From Gemmatimonadota bacterium (GTDB taxonomy: Bacteria; Gemmatimonadota; Gemmatimonadetes; Gemmatimonadales; GWC2-71-9), in the NCBI GenBank assembly GCA_036679605.1, contig JAZDCZ010000092.1, positions 1-24,116 on the forward strand: a stretch of DNA of 24,116 nt, read 5' to 3'. Below, in pieces: positions 1-8,002 of the stretch. Numbering within the stretch: position 1 is the first letter of the stretch; the number at the start of each line of letters is the position of its first letter. The notes under the pieces are model-generated. The model was not told where the DNA came from, searched no databases, and saw nothing but the letters and a program-made list of their open reading frames with translations. The position numbers and the translations under genes are program-made.

Positions 1-39
1 ATGTGTCGATTGGGCCGGTTTTTGTGTCGATTCAAAGCG
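1..39 (+). repeat. Junction repeat A1 with arm-like TGTGTCG direct repeats (2-8, 23-29); copy at 16319-16357
   Basis: atgtgtcgattgggccggtttttgtgtcg is identical at 1-29 and 16319-16347; 37/39 identity to position 39. Confidence 0.9.
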
Positions 40-57
40 GCAGATTCCGGCATGATC

Positions 58-111
58 GGTAGGGAAGTACGGCAGATCGTGCGTCCTACCAAGGGTTTAT
101 CCAGTTATTTA
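58..111 (+). repeat. Junction repeat A2: stem-loop GGTAGG..GTACG/CGTGC..CCTACC plus AT-rich tail; copy at 18230-18282
   Basis: ggtagggaagtacggcagatcgtgcgtcctaccaag(g)gtttatccagttattta, identical apart from a 1-nt indel. Confidence 0.9.
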
Positions 112-136
112 CCGGAAATCGTGCCGTTCTCGCTCC

Positions 137-256
137 GCTTTGGGAGCAGGGGGTCCCCGGTTCGAGCCGAGCGGCCACCCACGCTCTCGAAGATCCCCTC
201 GGTCTCCCGCGAGACGAGCGAGAATCGCGACAGCGATTCGCAGCTCCATCCGGGCG
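137..256 (+). pseudogene. 3' fragment of tRNA-Pro(TGG), att-like, with the T-loop interrupted by about 82 bp
   Basis: GC-TTTGGGA-GCAGG anticodon arm (TGG at 141-143), GGGTC variable loop and CCCGG-TTCGA T-arm at 137-165; complementary ATCCGGGCG resumes at 248-256; no D-arm or acceptor 5' strand upstream. Confidence 0.7.
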
Positions 257-508
257 AGGCCTTACTGGAGAATCGCCTAACGAGCGACGTCACATTAGGC
301 CCGACGAGGCATCCCACTCTACCCAAGTGCGCATTAACTTCCATCACAAATGTGTGACGTTCGTTGATCCGTTTTCTTGCTCTTGTGCAATTTGGCCTCT
401 CGGGTTTGCGCCCTATCTGGACCGGGAGGCATCGTGTTATACCATAAAACAAGACGGAAAGTGAAGCCTACGGCGTTCTGAAGCTGACTTCGGCAGGGGA
501 GAAAAAGG

Positions 509-907
509 TTGGAGATCAAGACAGCGGTCCTGGCTGATGCTGCCAATGTCAGCGTAGAGAATAAACTCAACATCACAGGGATTTTTAATCGGCTGAGTGG
601 CACGGAGTTTCCACTCACCCATCCAAGCATGGTTCTGGTCGTCCGCCTTGAGTACCATCCCTCAGAAGCCGGCGAGCATGCACTTACGATCAACATTGCG
701 GATGCCGATGGAACGAAGATTGCTGAGGGCGGGGGAAGCTTCAAACTGCCCAAACCACACACCCAAGAGCTACCGCCGATCGGACAGTTCTTACTCCCCT
801 TGCATGGGCTGGTATTTCAATCGCCGGGTGTATTCTCCTTTGATATCCTGGTTGATGGACGTTATGAGGGCTCGGCTCTCGTTCAAGTTGCGATTGCGGA
901 CAAGTAG
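509..907 (+). CDS. DUF6941-like small beta-sandwich protein
   Basis: N-terminal A(V)LADAAN..ENKLNITGIF and C-terminal F.SPG.FSFDILVDG patterns resemble DUF6941; TTG start; 9 bp upstream of hicA. Confidence 0.7.
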   Translation: MEIKTAVLADAANVSVENKLNITGIFNRLSGTEFPLTHPSMVLVVRLEYHPSEAGEHALTINIADADGTKIAEGGGSFKLPKPHTQELPPIGQFLLPLHGLVFQSPGVFSFDILVDGRYEGSALVQVAIADK

Positions 908-916
908 GGGCACGGC

Positions 917-1183
917 ATGCCTAGCCGCGCCTCCGAGAAACTTTTTGAGCGTTTGCGGAATACCAAGGCTGGATGGTCGGACAGGGATATCTACAAACTG
1001 CTGTCGGGCTACGGGTTTCTTTCCCGCGAGGGGAAGCACACGGTATATTCTCATAGAGACTACGACGATTTGAGCCTGACTGTGCCACGAAGCAAGCAGC
1101 TGAAGAAGATCTATCCGTCTCGAGCCGAGAAGCTGATTGACACACTTCTTGCTAGGGTGCCTCCTGGAGGGAAAGAGAAATGA
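917..1183 (+). CDS. hicA: Type II TA toxin, HicA family
   Basis: 88 aa basic protein, KLLSGYGF..REGKHTVYSH..LTVPR with the conserved His; ATGA overlap with a HicB-like ORF. Confidence 0.85.
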   Translation: MPSRASEKLFERLRNTKAGWSDRDIYKLLSGYGFLSREGKHTVYSHRDYDDLSLTVPRSKQLKKIYPSRAEKLIDTLLARVPPGGKEK

Positions 1184-1518
1184 AGAAAGATCTGACCTAC
1201 TACCAGGGACTCGGCTACAGGCGGCGGATTCAGCTAGTCACAGAGGACGAGGGTGTGCCGTTTTGGGTGGCTACATTCGAAGAATTGCCGGGATGTCTGT
1301 CCGACGGTGAGACTCGCTCGGAGGCGATTCTGCATCTAAACGAAGCCTTCGATGAGTTCATCACGGCCCATCTGGAGTGGCGGAAACCCATCCCGGAACC
1401 GGATCGGATCGTAAGGGCTCGAGGCAGATTCCGAAAATACTGGGACCAGAAAGACACCTCATCTGGCCCCAAGAGCAAGGTGGAGATGCCGAGGACGGAC
1501 CCCCTCGTCCGCACGTAG
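1180..1518 (+). CDS. hicB: Type II TA antitoxin, HicB family
   Basis: WVATFEELPGCLSDGETRSEAI...EFITAHLEWRKPIPEP, the HicB partial RNase H fold signature. Confidence 0.9.
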   Translation: MKKDLTYYQGLGYRRRIQLVTEDEGVPFWVATFEELPGCLSDGETRSEAILHLNEAFDEFITAHLEWRKPIPEPDRIVRARGRFRKYWDQKDTSSGPKSKVEMPRTDPLVRT

Positions 1519-1643
1519 TTGCACGAGGCCGAGAGGGACCATCTCTTTCTAAGACCACCCTCACTCAAACCCGTCTGAATGGTCTACCGGATTGGACTCC
1601 CGATGAGGCACCCAACGACCGTCACCGCAGTGCCGGATACAGC

Positions 1644-1931
1644 TCACGCGAGGAATAACTTCATCCGCTGGTCGATCACCTTTCGGGTCAGGATTCCGGT
1701 GTGGTTGAACACCTCTGGATCGAAGTTCCCAGTCTTGGAGTAAGTGTGCCAACTGTCGGCCATCCAAACGAGGTTTTCTGCAGAAATCAGGGCGACATCA
1801 GTATCGTCCCCCGATTCGACTTTCAGGCGGAGAGCGCTCGAGTCGGCTCCCGGACCAACCTCGGGCACGATGACCAGGAAGCATGAGACGCGCTCGGTGG
1901 CGTCTCGGATGTAGCGCTTGAATTGCTTCAG
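1644..1931 (-). pseudogene. 5'-truncated C-terminal remnant, possibly PD-(D/E)xK/restriction-endonuclease-like
   Basis: The frame of ORF 1644..1868 continues upstream with no start: LKQFKRYIRDATERVSCFLVIVPEV..., a QxxxY helix followed by a hydrophobic strand; in-frame stop at 1962-1964. Confidence 0.45.
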
Positions 1932-2120
1932 ATTCTCTCGCCACCGGATGAGCGCGGAGAACTATCGATGGTTGCGGGCCCGTGCATTCAAAGACTGGAC
2001 TGCGGCCACGGCCGGCTGGGCAAAACCGACGGATTGCTGCTGCGGCTTTACTCCGACCACCTCAAGTTGACAATATCGGTGGGAATGCTAGGGGTTGGGG
2101 GAGGCAACAGATCATTCGCC

Positions 2121-2148
2121 AGAAACCATATTCGACGCCCAGCGTATT
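2121..2148 (+). promoter_or_regulatory. Putative ECF sigma promoter (GAAAC-N16-CGTAT)
   Basis: agaaac catattcgacgcccag cgtatt, about 45 bp before ATG 2192; similar to the motifs at 4442 and 19437. Confidence 0.4.
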
Positions 2149-2191
2149 TGATATGCCAGGATACTCAACAGAGCCGGAGGGGTCCCGGGCC

Positions 2192-2947
2192 ATGGTTCCC
2201 ACGTTGACCCACACGTATCGAGTAGGCCTCTTCTTGGGCTTCGTCCTTGTGACGGCTCCGCTAATGGGGGCTTCAGCGGTCTCCGCCCAGGGCGTGGTGG
2301 GGATCGTGCTCGACACCGAGTCCCATAGCGCTATCGCGGGAGTCGAGGTGCTCCTCCGCACCGACAGCGGTACGGTCGCGGCGAGTGGGGTGACCGATCA
2401 GGAGGGTCGGTTCTTTTTGGCGATCGGCGAACGCGGGACGTACGCCCTGATCGCGAGCAGCCTGGGCTACCACACCAACTCGGGCTCCACTGTTGAGCTG
2501 AACGACACGGGGATGACGTGGGTGGAGGTCGAGCTCGCGCCCGACGCGATCGAGATCCCGGGGCTGACGGTAGTCACGCAGCAGAAGTACGTGTCGTCAC
2601 TCGCTCGCAGAGGGTATTACACGCGAAAGAGGCAGGGGCTTGGGAGGTACATCGAACCCACCGAGTTCGAAAAGAAGATGCACGTCCCCGTGAAGGAGCT
2701 CCTGCGCCGGACTCCGGTGTTTCGAGGTCGGGGACCCCTGGGCGGACGCTGGCCAACCGCCATCATCGTGAATGGAATGCAGAGGGGCCAGGACGTGCTC
2801 GACAGCCCCGAGCTCAGGGCGCGCTACATTGCAGGCATGGAAGTCTACAGCTCACTCGCTTCGGCCCCTCCTCAATTTCAAGGTCAAGTTGTCCTCGGCG
2901 AACGTGCATGTGGGCTTGTCGTGATCTGGACGGATTACGGAGGTTGA
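2192..2947 (+). CDS. Secreted carboxypeptidase-regulatory-like domain + TonB-plug-like domain protein
   Basis: GGAGG RBS, signal peptide ending VSA-Q, G.VLD...IAGVEV..TDQEGRF..SLGY, IAGMEVY, CGLVVIWT; start moved from 1982 to ATG 2192. Confidence 0.8.
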   Translation: MVPTLTHTYRVGLFLGFVLVTAPLMGASAVSAQGVVGIVLDTESHSAIAGVEVLLRTDSGTVAASGVTDQEGRFFLAIGERGTYALIASSLGYHTNSGSTVELNDTGMTWVEVELAPDAIEIPGLTVVTQQKYVSSLARRGYYTRKRQGLGRYIEPTEFEKKMHVPVKELLRRTPVFRGRGPLGGRWPTAIIVNGMQRGQDVLDSPELRARYIAGMEVYSSLASAPPQFQGQVVLGERACGLVVIWTDYGG

Positions 2948-3011
2948 GATTACGATTGTGCTGCTTGCTAGGGAGCATGACGATACGGCAGGGTCGCCAA
3001 GGGGAGTGCAA

Positions 3012-4116
3012 ATGCTGAGAATACGCCGACTCGGACTCTTGCTGCCCATGGCGTTGGCTGGGGCCTGCGGTGGGGACGGCGCGCCGGCCGACTTCACCGC
3101 GGTGGACAGCGCGGGCGTGACCATCGCGGTGTCGACGAGACCCGCCTGGAGTGTCGGTATCGAAGAGGCCTGGCGCATCGCTCCGGCTCCGGTTTTGGAC
3201 CTCACGCGCACAGGGACCGGGCCCGCGCACGAGTTTTACCGAGTCACCGACGCGACCCGCTTCCATGACGGACGGATCGTCGTCGCAAACAGCGGCACGA
3301 GCGAGCTGCGGATGTTCTCGGCCGAGGGGCTTCCGCTAACCACAGTCGGGCGCGACGGTGAGGGACCGGGAGAGTACAAGCGGATCATGAGCGTCCACCG
3401 CACTGAGGGGGACTCCCTCATCGTCCACTCATGGCCGACGCGGGTGAGCGTGCTTGACCCTGACCTCGGGTTCGTTCGCTCCTTTGCGCTCCAGAGCTAT
3501 GTGCGTGGTGTCCATCCCCTGGAGCACGGGTTCCTCCTCGCCACGCTCATCTTCCCCTCGTTACTCGAGTACGAAGGCGTCGAGCGCGTGATCCGCGCGC
3601 GTGCGCCCTTGGTTCGCCTGACGATGGCGGGCCAGGTCATCGACACCGTTGCGACCGCTGCGGGTGTCGAGGAGTTGATGACGGAGCGCGGTAGCTCACG
3701 GATCCTCTTCGGCAGGGACCTGTCGGTGGGAGTCGGCGCAGGCTCAATCGTTACAGGAGACGCGGAGCGCATGGAGTTTACGGTCCTCTCGCCCGACGGA
3801 GTCCCAACTCTGATCGCGAGGGTGCCAGAGTACCCCCTCGCGCTCTCCCGCGATGAGCTTGAGGCCGAGAAGGCCGGTCTCCTGGGGCCGAATCCCAGCG
3901 CACGAGGGCTGGACGCGGTGAGCAAGATGCCGATCCCAGATACCAAGCCCGCCTACACAGCTCTCGTCGTCGACGCCGAGGGGTATTTCTGGGCAGGGGC
4001 GTTTCACGGATTCGCCGCGCGTGGCCAACAGCCGCGCAGCTGGGAGATCTTCGACCGGCGTCTTCGCAGACTCGTTGGGAGTCGAGCACGTTCAGGTGCT
4101 GGGGTTGGCCCGATAG
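3012..4116 (+). pseudogene. 6-bladed beta-propeller lipoprotein with an internal deletion and frameshift near the C-terminus
   Basis: GGGGAG RBS, lipobox LAGAC, DSAGVTI, GRDGEGPGEY; after WEIFD (about 4056) the family tail GVFADSLGVEHVQVLGLAR* is in another frame (4057-4116). Confidence 0.8.
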
Positions 4117-4441
4117 CCCCACCCCGGAGTAAGAAAAGAGGTCCGGCAGGTGTCGCTACCCTGGCCAGACCATCAAAGAAACCAGCGATCGCTTTACTGC
4201 TACTGAAGGCTCATCGTGTCCATTCCGAATCGACTTGACGTACCGAACGCTGACTCCCGCAGCATCCGCCCGGTTCCCGTTCTATGTGTGACCTCTTCGT
4301 AGGCTGCCTTCTTCTCACCGCCACGGAGGATAGCAGCTGGTGGCTTGCTACCGGCTGATTCTATCCTGCGTCAGGTTAGGAGCAACCAAGTGCGCCACCG
4401 TTGTTCTTCACCGTTGTTTATTTTCGCGGAGCACGGCCCCG

Positions 4442-4469
4442 TGTAACATCTGACGGCAGTTGCGTATAT
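4442..4469 (+). promoter_or_regulatory. Putative ECF sigma promoter TGTAAC-N15-CGTATA
   Basis: TGTAACAT-N11-TGCGTATAT; identical boxes and spacing upstream of the paralogue (19410-19437, minus strand) with an unrelated spacer. Confidence 0.7.
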
Positions 4470-4515
4470 ACCATACGATGCTCGGCTCTGAGACCCGCCA
4501 CTCGGAGGACGTTCG

Positions 4516-5325
4516 ATGCGTGATCAGACCCACCAGCCCCTGAGAGACCGGTACTGCGCACTCTGGGTAGCGTGCGTAACGGGAGTCCTCAGCCTGTGCG
4601 CGCTCCTCCCCACCCAGGCCACCGCACAGGGCATATTCGGCGAGATACTCGACGAAGAGGCCGGGGGCCCCGTCGTCAGCGCCCAGGTGGCGCTTGCCGA
4701 TTCCGCCGGCAACGTGGTGGGCCAGGCGCTGTCCGACAACGCCGGCCAGTTCTTCATTGCGGTCGACATCGGAACGTACGCCCTGGTGGTCAGTCGGCTC
4801 GGCTACGAGACCGTGTATGTCACGGACGTGAAGCTTACGAACACGGACGTGCTACCCCTCCGGATTCGCTTGTCCCCGGACGCAGTCGAACTCCCGGGCC
4901 TCGTGGTCCAGGGTGATCGAGGGGTGCGCTACCTCGAGGTGAACGGATTCTACAAACGAAAGCGGTTGGGGTTCGGCCACCAGCTGAAAATCGAACGGGA
5001 CCGGCAGCTCCAGACATTGGAGCCGTCGGATTTCATTCGACGCATGCCGGACGTGGTCGTCCGTGGTGGTAGAGTCCGCAAGACGCGGGGCACCGCCCTG
5101 GGTAGCCCCTGCCTGCTTCAGGTCCTCGTGGACGGAATATATCGAGGTGTGGATCTCGATGGGGTGCTCGTGCTCTGGAACATCGAGGCGGTTGAAGTCT
5201 ACACTCGAGCGAGTAACGTTCCGGCCCAGTGGCAGTCTCTGGCCTTTCAGGGTTATCGGGATGAGCGGATGAACTTCCAACTCAAACCCACTTGCGGAAT
5301 CGTCGTAGTCTGGACCAAGCACTGA
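4516..5325 (+). CDS. Secreted carboxypeptidase-regulatory-like + TonB-plug-like protein (269 aa)
   Basis: GGAGG RBS, signal peptide ATA-Q, SRLGY, GFYKRKRLGFG, CLLQVLVDG, IEAVEVY, CGIVVVWTKH. Confidence 0.85.
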   Translation: MRDQTHQPLRDRYCALWVACVTGVLSLCALLPTQATAQGIFGEILDEEAGGPVVSAQVALADSAGNVVGQALSDNAGQFFIAVDIGTYALVVSRLGYETVYVTDVKLTNTDVLPLRIRLSPDAVELPGLVVQGDRGVRYLEVNGFYKRKRLGFGHQLKIERDRQLQTLEPSDFIRRMPDVVVRGGRVRKTRGTALGSPCLLQVLVDGIYRGVDLDGVLVLWNIEAVEVYTRASNVPAQWQSLAFQGYRDERMNFQLKPTCGIVVVWTKH

Positions 5326-5656
5326 GGACCCGTGTAAGACTCTCCCAGGGAAGGCCAGTTGTGGAACTTCGCACGCACATTTCCATCCCGTTCGCGGGTC
5401 ATGCCATCGTGATCTCCTGCAATCCCAGTGACAACACCGACAGCGGTCGAACACTTCGTGAAGGATGAGCGCCAGCTTTCCTGATAGGACCCGCTGCGAC
5501 GGAGGGTGTCCGAGCGCGCAATACTCGTCACTGCCCGGGCAGTTTAGTCGGAGGCTCTCGCGCGGGTAACATTCCGGAGGCTCGAGGTGCGGGCGCAGGA
5601 CTGCCCCTCGGCTCTCATAGGGTGGAAGGTGGGTATCAAGGCCGCCGGTCCGATGC

Positions 5657-5800
5657 GTTTCGGTTCGTGAGGTCAAGCCGTTTCTGCAGAAGTGCTTGTC
5701 GCATGGATCGGACTCCACCAAGAAGCGCGCCCGGAGGCTTGTGAACCGTCTTGGAGAGGCAGGCTATGATGAATTCAGAGACCTTCTGGACGACAACTAA
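5657..5800 (+). pseudogene. C-terminal remnant of an unknown larger protein
   Basis: Startless frame VSVREVKPFLQKCLSHGSDSTKKRARRLVNRLGEAGYDEFRDLLDDN*; amphipathic helical and protein-like; not in the ORF track. Confidence 0.45.
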
Positions 5801-5990
5801 TTTGCTGGAGCGCTCGTGGCGAGGCTTGGCCGGGCACTCCACATAACAATCAGTTCCCGGCTCCGTTCTCTACGCTCACTACGACGATCACGGCTCGCAT
5901 TCGCGAGCCGCGACGGCATCTCTGAACGTTAAGCGAAGGGCGCGTTCGGATTCAGGGTCGGCTTGGCGAGGACTCGAAGAGAGAGGTGGC

Positions 5991-6076
5991 CATGGTTCAT
6001 GAACGGTGAACATAGCGACCGCGACTTCCATTTAGCGACTATATGTGCCATGTTCATGGTTCATGAACACTGAACA
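5991..6076. promoter_or_regulatory. Duplicated palindromic operator (GTTCATGAAC core)
   Basis: catggttcatgaacggtgaaca (5991-6012) and catggttcatgaacactgaaca (6055-6076), 20/22 identical; the second extends to tgttca-tg-gttcatgaac-ac-tgaaca (6051-6076) and abuts the RBS. Confidence 0.8.
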
Positions 6077-6086
6077 AGGACTCGGT

Positions 6087-6620
6087 ATGGGTCGCCAGAG
6101 CACTTTTCTGAAACCACATGACGTGTGCGTCGCACTGCAGCTTGCGATCACGCCGCGCTTCACCTTCCGCGATATCGCTGAGGCAGTGGGACTGAGCGTA
6201 GGCGAATCACACAACTCCGTCGGGCGCCTAGAAGGCGCTCGGCTTTTTCAGCCGCACCTAGACTCGGTGAACATCCAGGGGCTCCTTGAGTTTCTGGTGA
6301 GTGGTGTCCCCTATGCGTTCCCGGGTGTTTTGGGGCCGGAGACACGAGGCGTTCCGACCGCTCATTTCGGTCCGGCCTTTGAGTCCATCGCAGCGGTGGA
6401 CCCGGTCGTTTGGCCTAGCGTGAAGGGGCGGGCTCGGGGCCTCAGCCTGCCTCCTCTGTGCAAGGCAGCCCCCGACTTCATGGAGCGGAACGAGGTGCTG
6501 TATCGCATGCTCACGATCGTGGATGCCCTCCGGATCGGGCGAGCCAGAGACCGAGCCATCGCCCGAGACCTGCTGGTGCGGGAGCTCGGAGCCGACAAGG
6601 GTATGGTGAGTGACTTTTGA
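6087..6620 (+). CDS. Winged-HTH protein, putative AbiEi-like antitoxin/regulator
   Basis: LKPHDV..FRDIAEAVGLSVGESHNSVGRL HTH, EFLVSGVPYAFP, RGVPTAH, DALRIGRARDR; AAGGA RBS; TTGA-coupled to the nucleotidyltransferase. Confidence 0.75.
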   Translation: MGRQSTFLKPHDVCVALQLAITPRFTFRDIAEAVGLSVGESHNSVGRLEGARLFQPHLDSVNIQGLLEFLVSGVPYAFPGVLGPETRGVPTAHFGPAFESIAAVDPVVWPSVKGRARGLSLPPLCKAAPDFMERNEVLYRMLTIVDALRIGRARDRAIARDLLVRELGADKGMVSDF

Positions 6621-7312
6621 ACAATCGTGACGTTCTGGTCGCAGTGGCGCAGCAGATCGAACCGCTGCTCGACGAGGTCGTGTTTGTAGGTGGGCAGGTC
6701 GCTGCACTTCTTGTGACGAACCCCGGCGCAACGCGAGTTCGCCCAACCACAGACGTGGACATTGTCATCGAGACCTCAACTCGTGTTCAATACCATGAAG
6801 TGGAGGCAAGGCTTCGTGGTCTCGGCCTGCGACACGACAGAGAAGAAGGCGCTCCGATCTGCCGGTGGGTGACCCCTCAGGGTGGATACCGACTGGACGT
6901 TATGCCGACCCAGGGAGATGTCTTGGGCTTCAGCAACCAATGGTATGATCTCGCCCTGGAACTTGCTTGGCCTTTTGAGCTAGCGCCTGGACTAGAGATC
7001 CGCCTTCCTCCAGCCCCGGTCTACATAGCCACAAAATGGGATGCTTTCCATGACCGTGGTGATGGCGACTACCTGGGCAGTCATGATCTTGAGGACTTGA
7101 TCTCCGTCGTAGCCGGTCGCGATGAAATGGCCGGTGAGGTTCTGGATATGCCCGAACACCTGCGGGCCTATATCGCCGAGTTCGCACACGAATTCTTGAG
7201 TCGCAGCGAAATGGCATACGCCCTGCAGGGTGCCCTTCCAGATTCAGTACAAATCCCCGAATTGATCAGCGAAGTAACTCAGCGATTTGAGGGCCTTGCG
7301 GCGGTGGAGTGA
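6617..7312 (+). CDS. Nucleotidyltransferase, AbiEii-like (putative type IV TA toxin)
   Basis: VFVGG...RPTTDVDIV (GG..DxD), ATKWDAF..R, SHDLED motifs. Confidence 0.75.
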   Translation: MNNRDVLVAVAQQIEPLLDEVVFVGGQVAALLVTNPGATRVRPTTDVDIVIETSTRVQYHEVEARLRGLGLRHDREEGAPICRWVTPQGGYRLDVMPTQGDVLGFSNQWYDLALELAWPFELAPGLEIRLPPAPVYIATKWDAFHDRGDGDYLGSHDLEDLISVVAGRDEMAGEVLDMPEHLRAYIAEFAHEFLSRSEMAYALQGALPDSVQIPELISEVTQRFEGLAAVE

Positions 7313-7340
7313 TCCATCATCCTCACGAAGAAGATGATGT

Positions 7341-7516
7341 TTGGGTGGTGGCGGATTGTTTGAGATCCGGTCGAACATCAGCGGAAAGTGGATCCTGCGC
7401 GGCGACGAGCGAAGGAGATCACAACATGAGTAAGAAATGATCGGATCCGACTCGACACGCTCACGGCTGCGGCGCACGTCCTTGGGCTCAGTCTTCGGAT
7501 TGAACTGGTCCAGTAG
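7341..7516 (+). pseudogene. Heavily deleted HigB(RelE/Gp49-like)-XRE antitoxin TA remnant
   Basis: LGGGGLFEIRSNISGK (7341-7388), ARRRAKEITT* with ATGA overlap into AAGGAG-MSKK (7426), then LDTLTAAAHVLGLSLRIELVQ* (7451-7516). Confidence 0.7.
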
Positions 7517-7524
7517 CCTCGCGC

Positions 7525-7581
7525 ATGACCACAACTCTCCTGGACTTCTCGAAGCCACACGTCCTGAAGAACGACACGGAG
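7525..7581 (+). pseudogene. N-terminal fragment resembling a second HigA-type antitoxin
   Basis: MTTTLLDFSKPHVLKNDTE resembles the P..I/L...EY N-terminus of HigA proteins, then runs into junction B. Confidence 0.4.
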
Positions 7582-7591
7582 CGCCGCGACC

Positions 7592-7760
7592 CATACGTAT
7601 GTTTCGATGTCAAATGTACGTACACGGTGCACAGTGTACGCAGCGAATGCACCAAGGGCCCGTGCGGCCCGCCCATCAGCAGCCGTCCACACCCTGCAGG
7701 GCGTAGCGTTCTCGCTCTGCATGGGAGCAGCGAGTCCCCGATTCGCAGCTCCATCCGGGC
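7592..7760 (+). repeat. Junction B: TGTACG direct repeats plus degenerate tRNA-Pro fragment
   Basis: catacgtatg palindrome 7592-7601; tgtacg at 7615 and 7635; 7707-7740 resembles 125-159; 7739-7760 is identical to 234-255 (22 bp). Confidence 0.75.
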
Positions 7761-8002
7761 CCGGCCCTCGGCGGTTGAGTCCCTAGTCGAGAACGGTCTG
7801 CCTGGGAGGATCAACTCCACTAACGGTGGTAAGCGCCTCACCCGAGCAGCACGAGCCCGTGTGGTGCGGTGCCGTGGGGGAGTCTGGCGAAGACCCTGGA
7901 CATGTGGGTATTCTACGCTCGGAAGCGTTCGAGACTATAGGCGCGAACCCTGCCGAAGGTGTCGAACAACAGGAGCTAGGCCGCCTCTACTCGGGAGAAT
8001 CC

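Noticed and set aside
85..115. dif/XerCD site in gtttatccagttattta
   Set aside because: Only a loose resemblance to the XerD arm; no 11-6-11 structure.
100..260. Intact tRNA-Pro gene
   Set aside because: No D-arm or acceptor stem; mismatched 5' anticodon stem; interrupted T-loop.
275..300. GCCTAAC...ATTAGGC as an attC site
   Set aside because: Only 26 bp, no L boxes, and the R' box lacks GTT.
1..452. ORFs 1..357 (+) and 105..452 (-)
   Set aside because: They overlap non-coding repeats and the tRNA fragment; no RBS and no protein-like pattern.
4852..5721. 289-aa minus-strand ORF
   Set aside because: Antisense shadow of 4516..5325 with atypical composition.
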